In this document: piece after piece, positions 16,262-25,027 of the stretch | Position numbering within the stretch: the stretch's first letter is position 1 | Layout: each line of letters begins with the position of its first letter | Origin: Myxococcota bacterium | Lineage (GTDB): Bacteria > Myxococcota_A > UBA796 > SXON01 | DNA: 34,715 bases | Assembly (NCBI GenBank): GCA_040386535.1 | Contig: JAZKFH010000030.1 | Location: 1-34,715 of the forward strand | Reading direction: 5' to 3' | Notes under the pieces: model-generated | Seen by the model: only the letters and a program-made list of their open reading frames with translations | The model's database searches: none | Told to the model about the DNA's origin: nothing | Made by a program: the position numbers and the translations under genes

Positions 16262-18547
16262 ATGTCGTCTCCCGCGCGCTCCGCGACCCGACCGTTCGGC
16301 GCCCTGCTCCTGCTGCTCGCCGCCTGCTCGCCCGGTCCAGGCGCCACGCGGCCCAACGTGCTGTTGATCACGCTCGACACGACGCGCTCCGACGCGCTCG
16401 GCAGCTACGGCGCGTCCACCGGCGCCACGCCGCACCTCGATCGGATGGCCGCCGAGGGTGTGCGGTTCGACCGCGCCTATACCGTCACGCCGCTCACGAT
16501 CCCGGCGCACTCGTCGATCCACACGGGGCTGTACCCGCCGCGCCACGGGGTGCGGGACAACGGGGACTTCTTCCTCGGGGACGACGCGACCACGGTGGCC
16601 GAGCGCCTAAGCTCGGCGGGGTACGCGACGATGGCGTCCGTCGGCGCCGAGGTGACCTCGCACCACTGGGGCTTCGCGCAGGGCTTCGACACGTTCTTCG
16701 ACGACATGGGGCCGGCCGCCGCGGGGGAGGAGGGCGGCAACCGGTGGCGCGTGGAGCGGGCCGGCGAGAAGGTGGTGGACGACGCGATCCGGTGGCTCGA
16801 CACCAACGGGAAGGGGGACAAACCCTGGTTCGCGTGGGTGCACATGTTCGACGTGCACCACCCGTACGAGCCGCCGGAGCCCTACGCCACGATGTTCGAG
16901 GGCCGCCCGTACGTGGGTGAGGTCGCGACGGTCGACGCGCAGTTCGGCCGGCTGCGGAAGTGGCTGGCGGAGAACGAGCAGCTCGACGACACGTGGATCT
17001 ACGTCGTCGCCGACCACGGGGAGGGCATGGGCTCGCACGGCGAGACGCTCCACGGGGTGCTGCTCTACGACGCGACGACCCACATCCCGTTCCTGGTGCG
17101 CCCGCCGAAGGCGCCGGTCGAGGGCGGGGCCGTGGCGGGCGGTGGGCGGGTGGTGAGCACGCCGGTGAGCCTCGTGGACCTGGCGCCCACGATCCTCGGC
17201 GCCGTGGGCCTGCCGGTGCCCGCCGGGCTCGACGGGATGGACCTGGGCCCGGGCCTGACGGGGGAGCTGCCCGGGGGCGCCGCGCGCGCCGTGTACGCGG
17301 AGAGCCAGTACGCGTGGCATCACTACGGCTGGGCGCCGCAGAAGGTGCTCGTGACCAACGACCACAAGCTCCTCGAGTCGACCACGCCGGAGCTGTACGC
17401 CCGCGCGGACGTGCGCGAGAGGAACGACCTCGCCGGGGCCGAGCCCGCCCTGCTCACGACGATCAGGGACCGCCTGACCGGTCTGGTCGGCGCGATGGAG
17501 CCCGCCGCGGGCGCCACGCGGGCGGACATGAGCCCGGAGCGTGTCGCCCAGCTCGAGGCGCTCGGGTACCTCACGACCTCGGCGGAGGGGCCCGTCACCG
17601 ACGGGCTGCCCGACCCGGTGAAGCAGCTCCCGGTGCTGGCGAAGCTGGAGAAGGCGCGCCGCGCGTTCCGTGACGCCGACCTCGCGATCGCGCGGGTGGC
17701 GGTGGAAGAGGCGCTCGCGGCCGATCCCGGGCTGGTGGAGACGCGCATCCTGGCCGCCAACCTGCTGTGGCGCGAGGGCAAGCTGGACGCGGCCTACGAC
17801 GCCGTCGCCACGCTCGAAGCCGAGCGGCCCGCCTCCCAGACCAAGGCGATGATGGGCTCGATCAAGCTGCAGCAGGGAGAGCCGGCCGAGGCCGCCACGC
17901 TCCTGCGCGAGGCGCTGGCGATCGATCCGTACCTGGCGAACGCGTGGACCTCCTACCTGCACGCGCTGGTGCTCTCCAACGACCCGAGCCTCTCCGCCGA
18001 GGCGGCGCGCGCGCGGAGCCACCTGCCCGACTCCGCCGTCGCCATCGGCATCGCCGGGGTCGCGCAGGCGCTCCAGGGCCGCCACGGCGCGGCCGAGCTG
18101 CTCCTCAACGACGCCCTCGCGCGGGACCCGAACCAGCCCTTCGTCAACCACGCGCTGGGCCTGTCCCTCCGCGCGCGCGGCGAGCCGCTCCAGGCCGAGA
18201 CCTTCTTCGAGGAGGAGGTGCGCCTGTTCCCGCCCGCGGTCGCGTCGCGCCGGGCGCTGGTCGAGATCTACGCCAGCCAGAAGCGCTACGACGAGCAGCT
18301 GGCGCAGCTCACGGCGCTCCGCGGCAAGGAGGCGCCCAACCCGGAGACGCTTCACTCCGTCGCGCAGGCGCTGTTCAACCTCAAGCGCTACCCCGAGGCG
18401 ATGGTGGTCGTGGACGAGTGCCGCCTGCTCGCGCCCCGCTACGCGGGCTGCGCCGTGCTCGAGGCGAACGTGCTGAAGAAGCTCGGTCGCGAGGACGAGG
18501 CGCAGGCGGCCTACGCGTTGGCCGTGGAGCTGGCGAAGGCGCCGTAG
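16262..18547 (+). CDS. Sulfatase-like hydrolase (alkaline phosphatase superfamily) lipoprotein with C-terminal TPRs
   Basis: Motifs PNVLLITLDTTRSD, TPLTIPAHSSIHTGLYP..HGVRDNG, WVHMFDVHHPY, ADHGE, LEALGY, then TPR helices. ATG at 16262 with LLAAC lipobox. Confidence 0.9.
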   Translation: MSSPARSATRPFGALLLLLAACSPGPGATRPNVLLITLDTTRSDALGSYGASTGATPHLDRMAAEGVRFDRAYTVTPLTIPAHSSIHTGLYPPRHGVRDNGDFFLGDDATTVAERLSSAGYATMASVGAEVTSHHWGFAQGFDTFFDDMGPAAAGEEGGNRWRVERAGEKVVDDAIRWLDTNGKGDKPWFAWVHMFDVHHPYEPPEPYATMFEGRPYVGEVATVDAQFGRLRKWLAENEQLDDTWIYVVADHGEGMGSHGETLHGVLLYDATTHIPFLVRPPKAPVEGGAVAGGGRVVSTPVSLVDLAPTILGAVGLPVPAGLDGMDLGPGLTGELPGGAARAVYAESQYAWHHYGWAPQKVLVTNDHKLLESTTPELYARADVRERNDLAGAEPALLTTIRDRLTGLVGAMEPAAGATRADMSPERVAQLEALGYLTTSAEGPVTDGLPDPVKQLPVLAKLEKARRAFRDADLAIARVAVEEALAADPGLVETRILAANLLWREGKLDAAYDAVATLEAERPASQTKAMMGSIKLQQGEPAEAATLLREALAIDPYLANAWTSYLHALVLSNDPSLSAEAARARSHLPDSAVAIGIAGVAQALQGRHGAAELLLNDALARDPNQPFVNHALGLSLRARGEPLQAETFFEEEVRLFPPAVASRRALVEIYASQKRYDEQLAQLTALRGKEAPNPETLHSVAQALFNLKRYPEAMVVVDECRLLAPRYAGCAVLEANVLKKLGREDEAQAAYALAVELAKAP

Positions 18548-18600
18548 GCGCGCCGCGCCCGCCTGCACGAGGCGCGGTCCCGCTTCCCGACGTGTGACCC

Positions 18601-18637
18601 AAAAAACGAGAGCGCCCGGGGAAGGCCCCAGGCGCTC
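18601..18637 (-). terminator. Intrinsic (rho-independent) terminator downstream of the 18679..19770 gene
   Basis: Minus strand reads GAGCGCCTGGGG-CCTT-CCCCGGGCGCTC followed by TCGTTTTTT. It lies between convergent genes. Confidence 0.8.
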
Positions 18638-18678
18638 GGTGTGTGCTCCCCCGCCAGCGGCGGGAGAGCTCAGGGGAG

Positions 18679-19770
18679 CTACGGCGTGGAGAGCGCGCCG
18701 CTGCCCGAGATCTCGATGGTGTACTCGTAGCCGGCCATCGCGTCGTCCATGGCGAGCTCGACGTCCGTGGCGCCGCCGACGGTCAGCTCGTACTCGACGA
18801 GCTCGGCGTCGCACTGCCCGTAGGAGGCCACGACGATCTCGTAGGTCTCGCCTTCGGTGAGGCCCTCGAGCTCGGCCGAGGGGCACGCGTACTTGATCGG
18901 GGGGAACGTGCACTCGAAGTTGTCGTCGGTGAGGACGACCGCGCACTCGTCGGCGCCGTTGACCCACATCCACGGGTCGAACGAGCTGGCGCTCGCCACC
19001 GTGTCGACCGTGACGGTCACCGGGTCGGCGCCGGCCACGAACGTCCAGATGTCGGTCGTGGACGAGTCACACGCGATGGTGGACGTGGCGGCGTCACCGC
19101 CGAAGCTCGTGGTGGCCGCGGACTCCGCGGCGGTCGAGCAGTACTCGTAGCCGTACAGGTAGGTCTGGACGCCGTCCGCAGAGACGCTCCAGGACACGTC
19201 GTCCCCGGTGCGGCCGAAGGTGCCCGAGCCGTACGGCGTACCGGCGTACGTGTAGCTGATGAGGCCGTAGTAGCCCTCGTAGCCGTAGTAGCTGTAGCGG
19301 GACATGAACACGTCGTTCATGTAGTAGGCGCCGTAGTACCCGTACACGACGTACTCGTCGGCGTGGGCCATCACGAGGTCGGTGTAGAGGTCGTCCGCGA
19401 TGAAGGAGAACTTGCTGTAGTAGCCGGCGCAGTCGGCGCTGCTGTCGTCACGCGTCACTTCGGACGTGATCGCCACGGCGAAGTCGCAGCCTTCACAGTC
19501 GCCGGTGTAGGGCGTGCCGGTGAGGGTGGCCTCGAGGTCACACTCGGCCACGCCGTTCTTGCTCGTGGAGACCGTGACGCTGCCGGCGAAGTTGTACGGG
19601 GTCACGTCAACGTCGGTGTCCGTGTCGGTGTCGGCATCCGTGTCGGTGTCGGTGTCGGTGTCCGTGTCGGCGGGGGGGGCGGTGTCGTCCGCACCGTCGT
19701 CCTTGGGGGGGCAGCCGAGCAGGGGCAGCATGATCAACAGGCTGAACAGGGAAGTCGTGGAAAGGCGCAT
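18679..19770 (-). CDS. Acidic, Tyr/Cys-rich surface lipoprotein with (DT)n linker and a C-terminal beta-sandwich (PPC-like) region
   Basis: Lipobox LLGC, DTDTDT linker, GGAG RBS upstream, strong GC3 bias. The pattern DIWTF...VTVTVDT...SFDP...L..DDN..C...TYEIVV is PPC-like. Confidence 0.75.
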   Translation of the reverse strand: MRLSTTSLFSLLIMLPLLGCPPKDDGADDTAPPADTDTDTDTDTDADTDTDTDVDVTPYNFAGSVTVSTSKNGVAECDLEATLTGTPYTGDCEGCDFAVAITSEVTRDDSSADCAGYYSKFSFIADDLYTDLVMAHADEYVVYGYYGAYYMNDVFMSRYSYYGYEGYYGLISYTYAGTPYGSGTFGRTGDDVSWSVSADGVQTYLYGYEYCSTAAESAATTSFGGDAATSTIACDSSTTDIWTFVAGADPVTVTVDTVASASSFDPWMWVNGADECAVVLTDDNFECTFPPIKYACPSAELEGLTEGETYEIVVASYGQCDAELVEYELTVGGATDVELAMDDAMAGYEYTIEISGSGALSTP

Positions 19771-19887
19771 GGTCTCCTCGCGTGCGCAGGCCTTCTATCA
19801 AGTTTTTACAACCTGGGAAACCGTGACGGGTTGGAAACGCCCGTGACGCAACGCCGCGGTGTGGCAACATGGGGCCCGGAGGCCACG

Positions 19888-20616
19888 GTGCGCGTCCCTT
19901 TCACTCCGCTGTCCGTCGCCACGCCCCCCGTCTCGAGGGTCTCCTTGAACCTCGACGCGGGCGAGCTGCCCGATGAGCCCGAGGCCCTCGTGGTCGCCGC
20001 GGATCGGGTGAACGTGGCGTGTGGGGGCCACGCGGGGGACGAGGCGACGATGTGGACCACCCTGGTTCGCGCGCGTGCCGCCGGAGCGAAGGCGGGCGCG
20101 CACCCCTCCTACGTCGACCGCGCGGGCTTCGGACGCGTGGTGATGGACGTACCGACCGAACAACTCGCAATCGAGGTGCGCGATCAGTGCGCGCGGCTCG
20201 CGACGGTGGCGCGCGCCCTCGGGATCCCGCTCGACCACGTCAAGCCGCACGGCGCCCTCTACCACCGGGCGGCGGCGGATCCCGCCGTGGCTCGCGCGGT
20301 GCTCGACGGCGCGATCGCGGCGCTCGGCCCCGTGGCCGTGATGGGCCCCCCCTCCGGCGCGTTGCGGGCGGAGGCGGAGCGCCTCGGCTTGCCGTACCTG
20401 CGCGAGGGCTTCGCCGACCGGGGGATGGCGCCCGACGGGGCCTTGATCCCCCGCGGGGCCCCGGGCGCGCTGATCGTGGAGCCGGCGGCCGCGGCGGCGC
20501 AGGCGCTACGGCTGGCGGCCTCGGGGGAGTACGACACGCTCTGCGTGCACGGGGACGGTCCGAACGCGGTGGCCGTGGCCGAGGCGGTCCGCGCGGCGCT
20601 GGGCGGGCGGGCGTGA
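19888..20616 (+). CDS. pxpA: 5-oxoprolinase subunit A (LamB/YcsF family)
   Basis: Motifs LNLDAGE, NVACGGHAGD, GAHPSYVDRAGFGR, HVKPHGALY, EGFADR and TLCVHGD. GTG at 19888 preceded by GGAGG. Confidence 0.93.
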   Translation: MRVPFTPLSVATPPVSRVSLNLDAGELPDEPEALVVAADRVNVACGGHAGDEATMWTTLVRARAAGAKAGAHPSYVDRAGFGRVVMDVPTEQLAIEVRDQCARLATVARALGIPLDHVKPHGALYHRAAADPAVARAVLDGAIAALGPVAVMGPPSGALRAEAERLGLPYLREGFADRGMAPDGALIPRGAPGALIVEPAAAAAQALRLAASGEYDTLCVHGDGPNAVAVAEAVRAALGGRA

Positions 20617-21227
20617 CCGATCCGGAGGCGTTCGGGGACGCGGCGCTCGCCGTAGAGCCTCTCGGGGACGGCGCGCTTCGGGTCGCGCTCCCGCCCGACG
20701 TCGACCGCGCCGCCACCCTCGCGCGGCTGCTGGCGCTGCCCGGCGTGCGGGACGTGGTGCTCGCCGAGGCCCACGGCGCCGTGTACTTCGACGGGCCGCC
20801 GCCCCCCGACCCCGCCGCCGCGGTGGTGCGCGGGAGCACCGGCCCGAGCGGGCGCCGGGTGACGATCCGCGCGCGGTATGACGGGCCCGACCTCGCGCGG
20901 GTCGCGGCCTGGGCGGGCCTCGCGGTCGACGAGGTGATCCGTCGCCACGCGGGGCGCGCGTACGAGGTGCGGTACCTCGGCTTTGTGCCCGGGTTCGCCT
21001 ACCTCGCGGAGGTGTGCCCCACGATCGCGGCGCCGCGCCTGCCCTCGCCGCGCCCCCGCGTGCCCGCCGGCGCCATCGGCATCGCCGCCACGCGCACCGG
21101 CGTGTACCCCTTCGCCTCGCCGGGTGGCTGGAACCTCGTCGCCACCGCGCTGGATTTTCACGCCTTCGACCCGGAGCGGGGCGCCGCCTTGCGACCGGGA
21201 GACCTCGTCCGCTTCGAGCCGGCGTGA
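20613..21227 (+). CDS. pxpB: 5-oxoprolinase subunit B (KipI / allophanate hydrolase subunit 1-like)
   Basis: Motifs EPLGDGAL, YDGPDL, LGFVPGFAYL, PR...PR.RVPAGAIGIA and TGVYPFASPGGW. GTGA overlap with the pxpA stop. Confidence 0.92.
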   Translation: MTDPEAFGDAALAVEPLGDGALRVALPPDVDRAATLARLLALPGVRDVVLAEAHGAVYFDGPPPPDPAAAVVRGSTGPSGRRVTIRARYDGPDLARVAAWAGLAVDEVIRRHAGRAYEVRYLGFVPGFAYLAEVCPTIAAPRLPSPRPRVPAGAIGIAATRTGVYPFASPGGWNLVATALDFHAFDPERGAALRPGDLVRFEPA

Positions 21228-22054
21228 CGGGCGGCGGGGCCGCGCTCGAGATCGTCGCGACGCCCGGCATGGCGTGGGTGCAGGACGGGGGCCGCCCCGG
21301 GCGGATGGTGGACGGCGTGCCGCCCGGCGGGGCGCTGGTGCCGGAGCGGTGGGCCGCCGCGAACCGGGCGGTGGGGAACCGGGGCGAGAACGGCGGGGCC
21401 GCCGCGATCGAGGCCTTCGGCGGGCTGGTCGTCGCGGCGCGCGGGGGAGACCTCCACGTGGCCTGGGAGGGCGGCGGGACCGCGCTGCTGCGCGACCACG
21501 TCCGGGTCCTCGCGCCGGTGCCGGGCGCCCGCGTCACCTACCTCGCGGTCGCGGGCGGGTTCGACGTGCCGATAGTGCTGGGCGGGCGCGGCCTTCTCCC
21601 GGTGGCGGGCCTCGGCGGCGGGGTGGGCCGGCCCCTGCGCGCGGGCGATCGGCTCGCGGTCGGTGACCAGGGCGGAGCCGTCGCGACGGACGAAACGTTC
21701 TTCCCCTCGCCGGACGCGCCCATCCGCGTGCTCCCGGGCCCCGACCTGGCCCGTTTCGCGCCCGACGCGTGGGCCGCCCTGCTCGCCGCATCCTGGCGTG
21801 TGGGCGCCGCCTCGGATCGCGTCGGGACACGGCTGGAGGGCCCTGCCGTCGTCCGGATCGACAGCGACGTGGCGCTCTCCGCCCCGATGGTCCAGGGCGC
21901 GCTCCAGGTGCCCGCGGGCGGCGCGCCGATCGTGCTCGGGCCGGACCATCCGACCACCGGCGGCTACCCCGTCCTCGCCGTGGTCATCCGCGCGGATCGC
22001 GGCGCGTTGTTCCTGCGCCCGCCCGGCGCCGTCGTGCGGTTCGAGGCGAGGTGA
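21224..22054 (+). CDS. pxpC: 5-oxoprolinase subunit C (KipA / allophanate hydrolase subunit 2-like)
   Basis: Motifs VQDGGRPG, GVPPGGA, ANRAVGN, YLAVAGG, SDRVGTRL, GALQVP and DHPTTGGYP. GTGA overlap with the pxpB stop. Confidence 0.92.
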   Translation: MTGGGAALEIVATPGMAWVQDGGRPGRMVDGVPPGGALVPERWAAANRAVGNRGENGGAAAIEAFGGLVVAARGGDLHVAWEGGGTALLRDHVRVLAPVPGARVTYLAVAGGFDVPIVLGGRGLLPVAGLGGGVGRPLRAGDRLAVGDQGGAVATDETFFPSPDAPIRVLPGPDLARFAPDAWAALLAASWRVGAASDRVGTRLEGPAVVRIDSDVALSAPMVQGALQVPAGGAPIVLGPDHPTTGGYPVLAVVIRADRGALFLRPPGAVVRFEAR

Positions 22055-22064
22055 GCCGCGCGCC

Positions 22065-24290
22065 TCACTCCCCGCACACCTCCGCGGCCGCCTCCGACGC
22101 GGCGAGGGCGGCCACCGACGCGCCGTGCGCCGCGGCCCGGCCCGGGTCGTTCGCGAACGAAGCCGAGGCGTCCGCGGCCGCCGTTCGGGCCGATGCGAGC
22201 GCCTCGGCACCGCCGGCGTGCGCCGCTCGGGCCGCGACGCGGGCGCCGCGACGGGGGGCGTCCGCTTCGGGGCCGGACCAGGCGGTGCGGGCGTCCGCCC
22301 AGGCGGCGGCGGCGCGCTCCCGGGCGTTCGAGCACGCCGGCAGGGGGCCCTGCGGCGTGGGGGGCCCCGTTGCCGCCTCCGGGGTGCCCTTGGCGTCAGG
22401 AGGCAGCGCGTCGGGCGCCGCCGGGAGGCCCGGGGGCCGCGCGGCTTCGGGGATGTCCGGCCACTGATCGGCGGAGGCCATCCACCGCTGCGGCGCGCGT
22501 GCCTGGTCCGAGTCGCACGTGTCCGACACGGGGCAGCTCGCGCCGAGCCCCACGTCGCAGCGCAGGTCTTCGTCGCGCGGCATGCCGAGCGCCTCGGCGG
22601 CGTGGAGGAAGTTCGAGATCGTGGCGGTGGGCGCCTTGCTATGGGCCAGCTCGCGCGCGATGGCCTCGAGGAGCGTGGTGTGGCGCGGCGCGCGCTCGAG
22701 CACCTGGGCGAGGCGCCGGGCGAGCTCTGCCGCGTCGGGGGCGGCGCCGGGGAGCGCCGGGTTGGCGAACGCCCAGGTGGGCCCGCACCCGTCGACCGCG
22801 GTCCACCCGGCCTCGGCGAGGCTCGGCTTGAGCCGCGGCCACGCGCCGGCCTCGGTGTTCACGAAGAGCCAGCTCGCGCGCCCGGCGATGTAGGGCCACT
22901 GCTCGGCCCAGGTCTCGCCGTCACGCCCGGAGAGCACGCGGTCGGTGAGCCCGAGCAGGTCGACCACGGGGTGGTCGTTGACGTAGGAGATGAGCCCGAG
23001 CTCCGTGTACGCGAGCGTGTCGGTGGGCCCCGCGTTCACCAGCGCCCAGGCGGTTGGGAAGGGCACCTGGCCGGTTGGAAAGGCCGTCCAGTGCGGGCTC
23101 TTCCAGGGCGTCACCAGCGGCGCCTCGATGCGCGCCGGGAGGATGTTCTGCTGGGCCTCGCCCTTGTTGCGGTTCAGGCCGTCGAGAAAGTAGGCGTTGG
23201 CCTGCGGATAGAGCACCGGGCCCGCGATCGCCGCGAGCGCGATGCCCGCGATCGGCGCCACGCGCGCCGGCACCCGCGCGATGAGCGCCTGCACCGCGAG
23301 CCCGAGCGCCGCGCACGCGGCCGGCCACGCCGGGACGAGCAGGCGGAAGTTCGCCATGAAGTCGCCGTTCTCCAGCACCGCCGCGAGCACCCACGCACCG
23401 AACACGACCCCGGGGATCGCGCGGCGGTCGCCGTTCCAGGCCCACAGGCCCGACACGCCCACGGTGGTCGTGAGCGCGAGGGGCAGCCACGGCGAGGGCA
23501 GCGTGAGGAAGCTCCACAGGTAGGCGAGGCCGCGGTCGGGCGGGAACTGGTCGACCTTGACGTGGAACGGGTTCGGCAGGATCTCGCCGAACCAAGCGAG
23601 CTTGACCGCCACGAGCAGCACGCCGAGCATCGCCACGATGCCGACGGAGATCGCCACGCGCCGCCGGTCGCCGCCGCCGCCGCGCAGGTGCCACGCGCCG
23701 AGGAGGATGGGGAGCAGCGCGGCGTCGGGGCGCAGCCAGGGCGCGAGGCCGAGCGCGGGCGCCGCGAGCAGCCACCGGCGCGGCTCCCGGAGCTCCGTGG
23801 CGTAGCGGGACCAGCCGATCGTGAGCAGGAGCATCACCGCCGGGGTCTCCAGCCCCTGGACCGTCCAGTGCGGCACCCACGGCGGGAGGACGAACGTGGC
23901 GAGCGCGATCCCGGTCGCGACGAACCCCAGCCCCGCGTCCCGCGCCCACGCCGCGAGGAACCCCACCGTCGCGACCGCGGCGAGCACGCCGAGCACCTGC
24001 GCCGCGGTGAGCAGGTCGCCCCCCGCGAACGGCGCCAGCACCAGGGCCCACCCGAGGTTGGTGAGCCCCTCCACGTGCTCGCCGTCGTTGAAGGTCATCC
24101 CGAGCCCAGCGGCGAAGCGGCGGGCGTAGCGGAACGTGATGTACGCGTCGTCGGTCCACGTGCTCAGGTAGTGGCCCACGTGCAGCAGGAGCAGCGCGGC
24201 GGCGAGCGGTCCGAGGGCGAGCTGGGCGCGTCTGATGGGGGCGGCTCCGAACGACGGCAACCCTACTCCCTTGGGCGAGCCGTGCGCCAC
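22065..24290 (-). CDS. GT-C fold polytopic membrane glycosyltransferase (AftB/ArnT-like) with long C-terminal extension
   Basis: Motifs DDAYITFRYA, FNDGEHVEGLTN, GLET, RPD, FGEILPNPFHVK, GDFMANFR, and LGLISY...VVDLLGLTD. About 10 hydrophobic segments. Start codon uncertain. Confidence 0.8.
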   Translation of the reverse strand: MAHGSPKGVGLPSFGAAPIRRAQLALGPLAAALLLLHVGHYLSTWTDDAYITFRYARRFAAGLGMTFNDGEHVEGLTNLGWALVLAPFAGGDLLTAAQVLGVLAAVATVGFLAAWARDAGLGFVATGIALATFVLPPWVPHWTVQGLETPAVMLLLTIGWSRYATELREPRRWLLAAPALGLAPWLRPDAALLPILLGAWHLRGGGGDRRRVAISVGIVAMLGVLLVAVKLAWFGEILPNPFHVKVDQFPPDRGLAYLWSFLTLPSPWLPLALTTTVGVSGLWAWNGDRRAIPGVVFGAWVLAAVLENGDFMANFRLLVPAWPAACAALGLAVQALIARVPARVAPIAGIALAAIAGPVLYPQANAYFLDGLNRNKGEAQQNILPARIEAPLVTPWKSPHWTAFPTGQVPFPTAWALVNAGPTDTLAYTELGLISYVNDHPVVDLLGLTDRVLSGRDGETWAEQWPYIAGRASWLFVNTEAGAWPRLKPSLAEAGWTAVDGCGPTWAFANPALPGAAPDAAELARRLAQVLERAPRHTTLLEAIARELAHSKAPTATISNFLHAAEALGMPRDEDLRCDVGLGASCPVSDTCDSDQARAPQRWMASADQWPDIPEAARPPGLPAAPDALPPDAKGTPEAATGPPTPQGPLPACSNARERAAAAWADARTAWSGPEADAPRRGARVAARAAHAGGAEALASARTAAADASASFANDPGRAAAHGASVAALAASEAAAEVCGE

Positions 24291-24321
24291 CCGGGGGCGA
24301 TTCCGCGGCCCGCCGCGGCCG

Positions 24322-24828
24322 TTACGGCTCCCGCGCCAGGTCGAACACCATCACGTCGGCGCTGCCCGCGGCCTTCCCGGACAAGGTGATCACGAGCCGC
24401 GCCGGCGCGACGAGCGCGTACGTGAGCTCGGTCGGAAAGTCGTGCTTCGGGTTGGTGAACACCGCCTTTCCGGGGGCGCTCTCCGCGGGCACGTAGCGAA
24501 ACGACACCGTCTCCTTGCCACCGGGGAAGGGGGTCAGCGTCACGACGCCGTCCACGACCGCGAACCGCTCGAATTCGTAGCTCGTGGCCTGACCCGCCTC
24601 GATCGTGCGGCTCGCGGAGAGCACGAGCCCGCCGTCGCTGGTGGTGTAGGTGGCGTCGAAGATCGTGTCGGGGCCGAGGGGGCCGCGCCAGTGTCCGGTG
24701 AGGAAGGAGAGGCCGGCGAGCACGGCTGCCGGATCGGGGGCGGGCGCCGGGGCGGTGACGGGGGGCGGCGGCGGCGGTTTGCGCGCATGGGCGGCGGGGA
24801 GGAGCAGGGCGAGGGCGAGGGCGAACAT
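24322..24828 (-). CDS. Exported DUF6265-like protein
   Basis: Motifs LSFLTGHWRG, YEFERF and VFTNPKHDFPTELTY. ATG at 24828 with a GGAG RBS and a signal peptide. Confidence 0.75.
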   Translation of the reverse strand: MFALALALLLPAAHARKPPPPPPVTAPAPAPDPAAVLAGLSFLTGHWRGPLGPDTIFDATYTTSDGGLVLSASRTIEAGQATSYEFERFAVVDGVVTLTPFPGGKETVSFRYVPAESAPGKAVFTNPKHDFPTELTYALVAPARLVITLSGKAAGSADVMVFDLAREP

Positions 24829-25027
24829 GGGGGCTCCGAGTCCGTCGATCTGGCTCGTTCCCGGGCGCCGGCGCAAGGGCGGGCGCACGAACAGTTGTGA
24901 GATGATCGTTTGGTTTGTCGCTCGGCGTGAGCGTCTGGATTGTGTTGAGCAGACCTGACAAGGGAATGGAGATCCGCGGGCGACGGCGGGAGCGCGCCCA
25001 TAAGCGACCGCACTCCCTGGCGACTCC

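Noticed and set aside
13750..16380. 876-aa ORF as a single long Omp85 protein
   Set aside because: Its first ~430 aa are the antisense shadow of the HhH-NuiA gene. The real gene starts at about 15000-15084.
19888..22054. pxpABC as a novel system
   Set aside because: Ordinary, well-characterised 5-oxoprolinase operon.
24829..25027. Riboswitch or ncRNA in the AT-richer divergent intergenic region
   Set aside because: No recognisable riboswitch consensus or convincing stem set. It is most simply a divergent promoter region.
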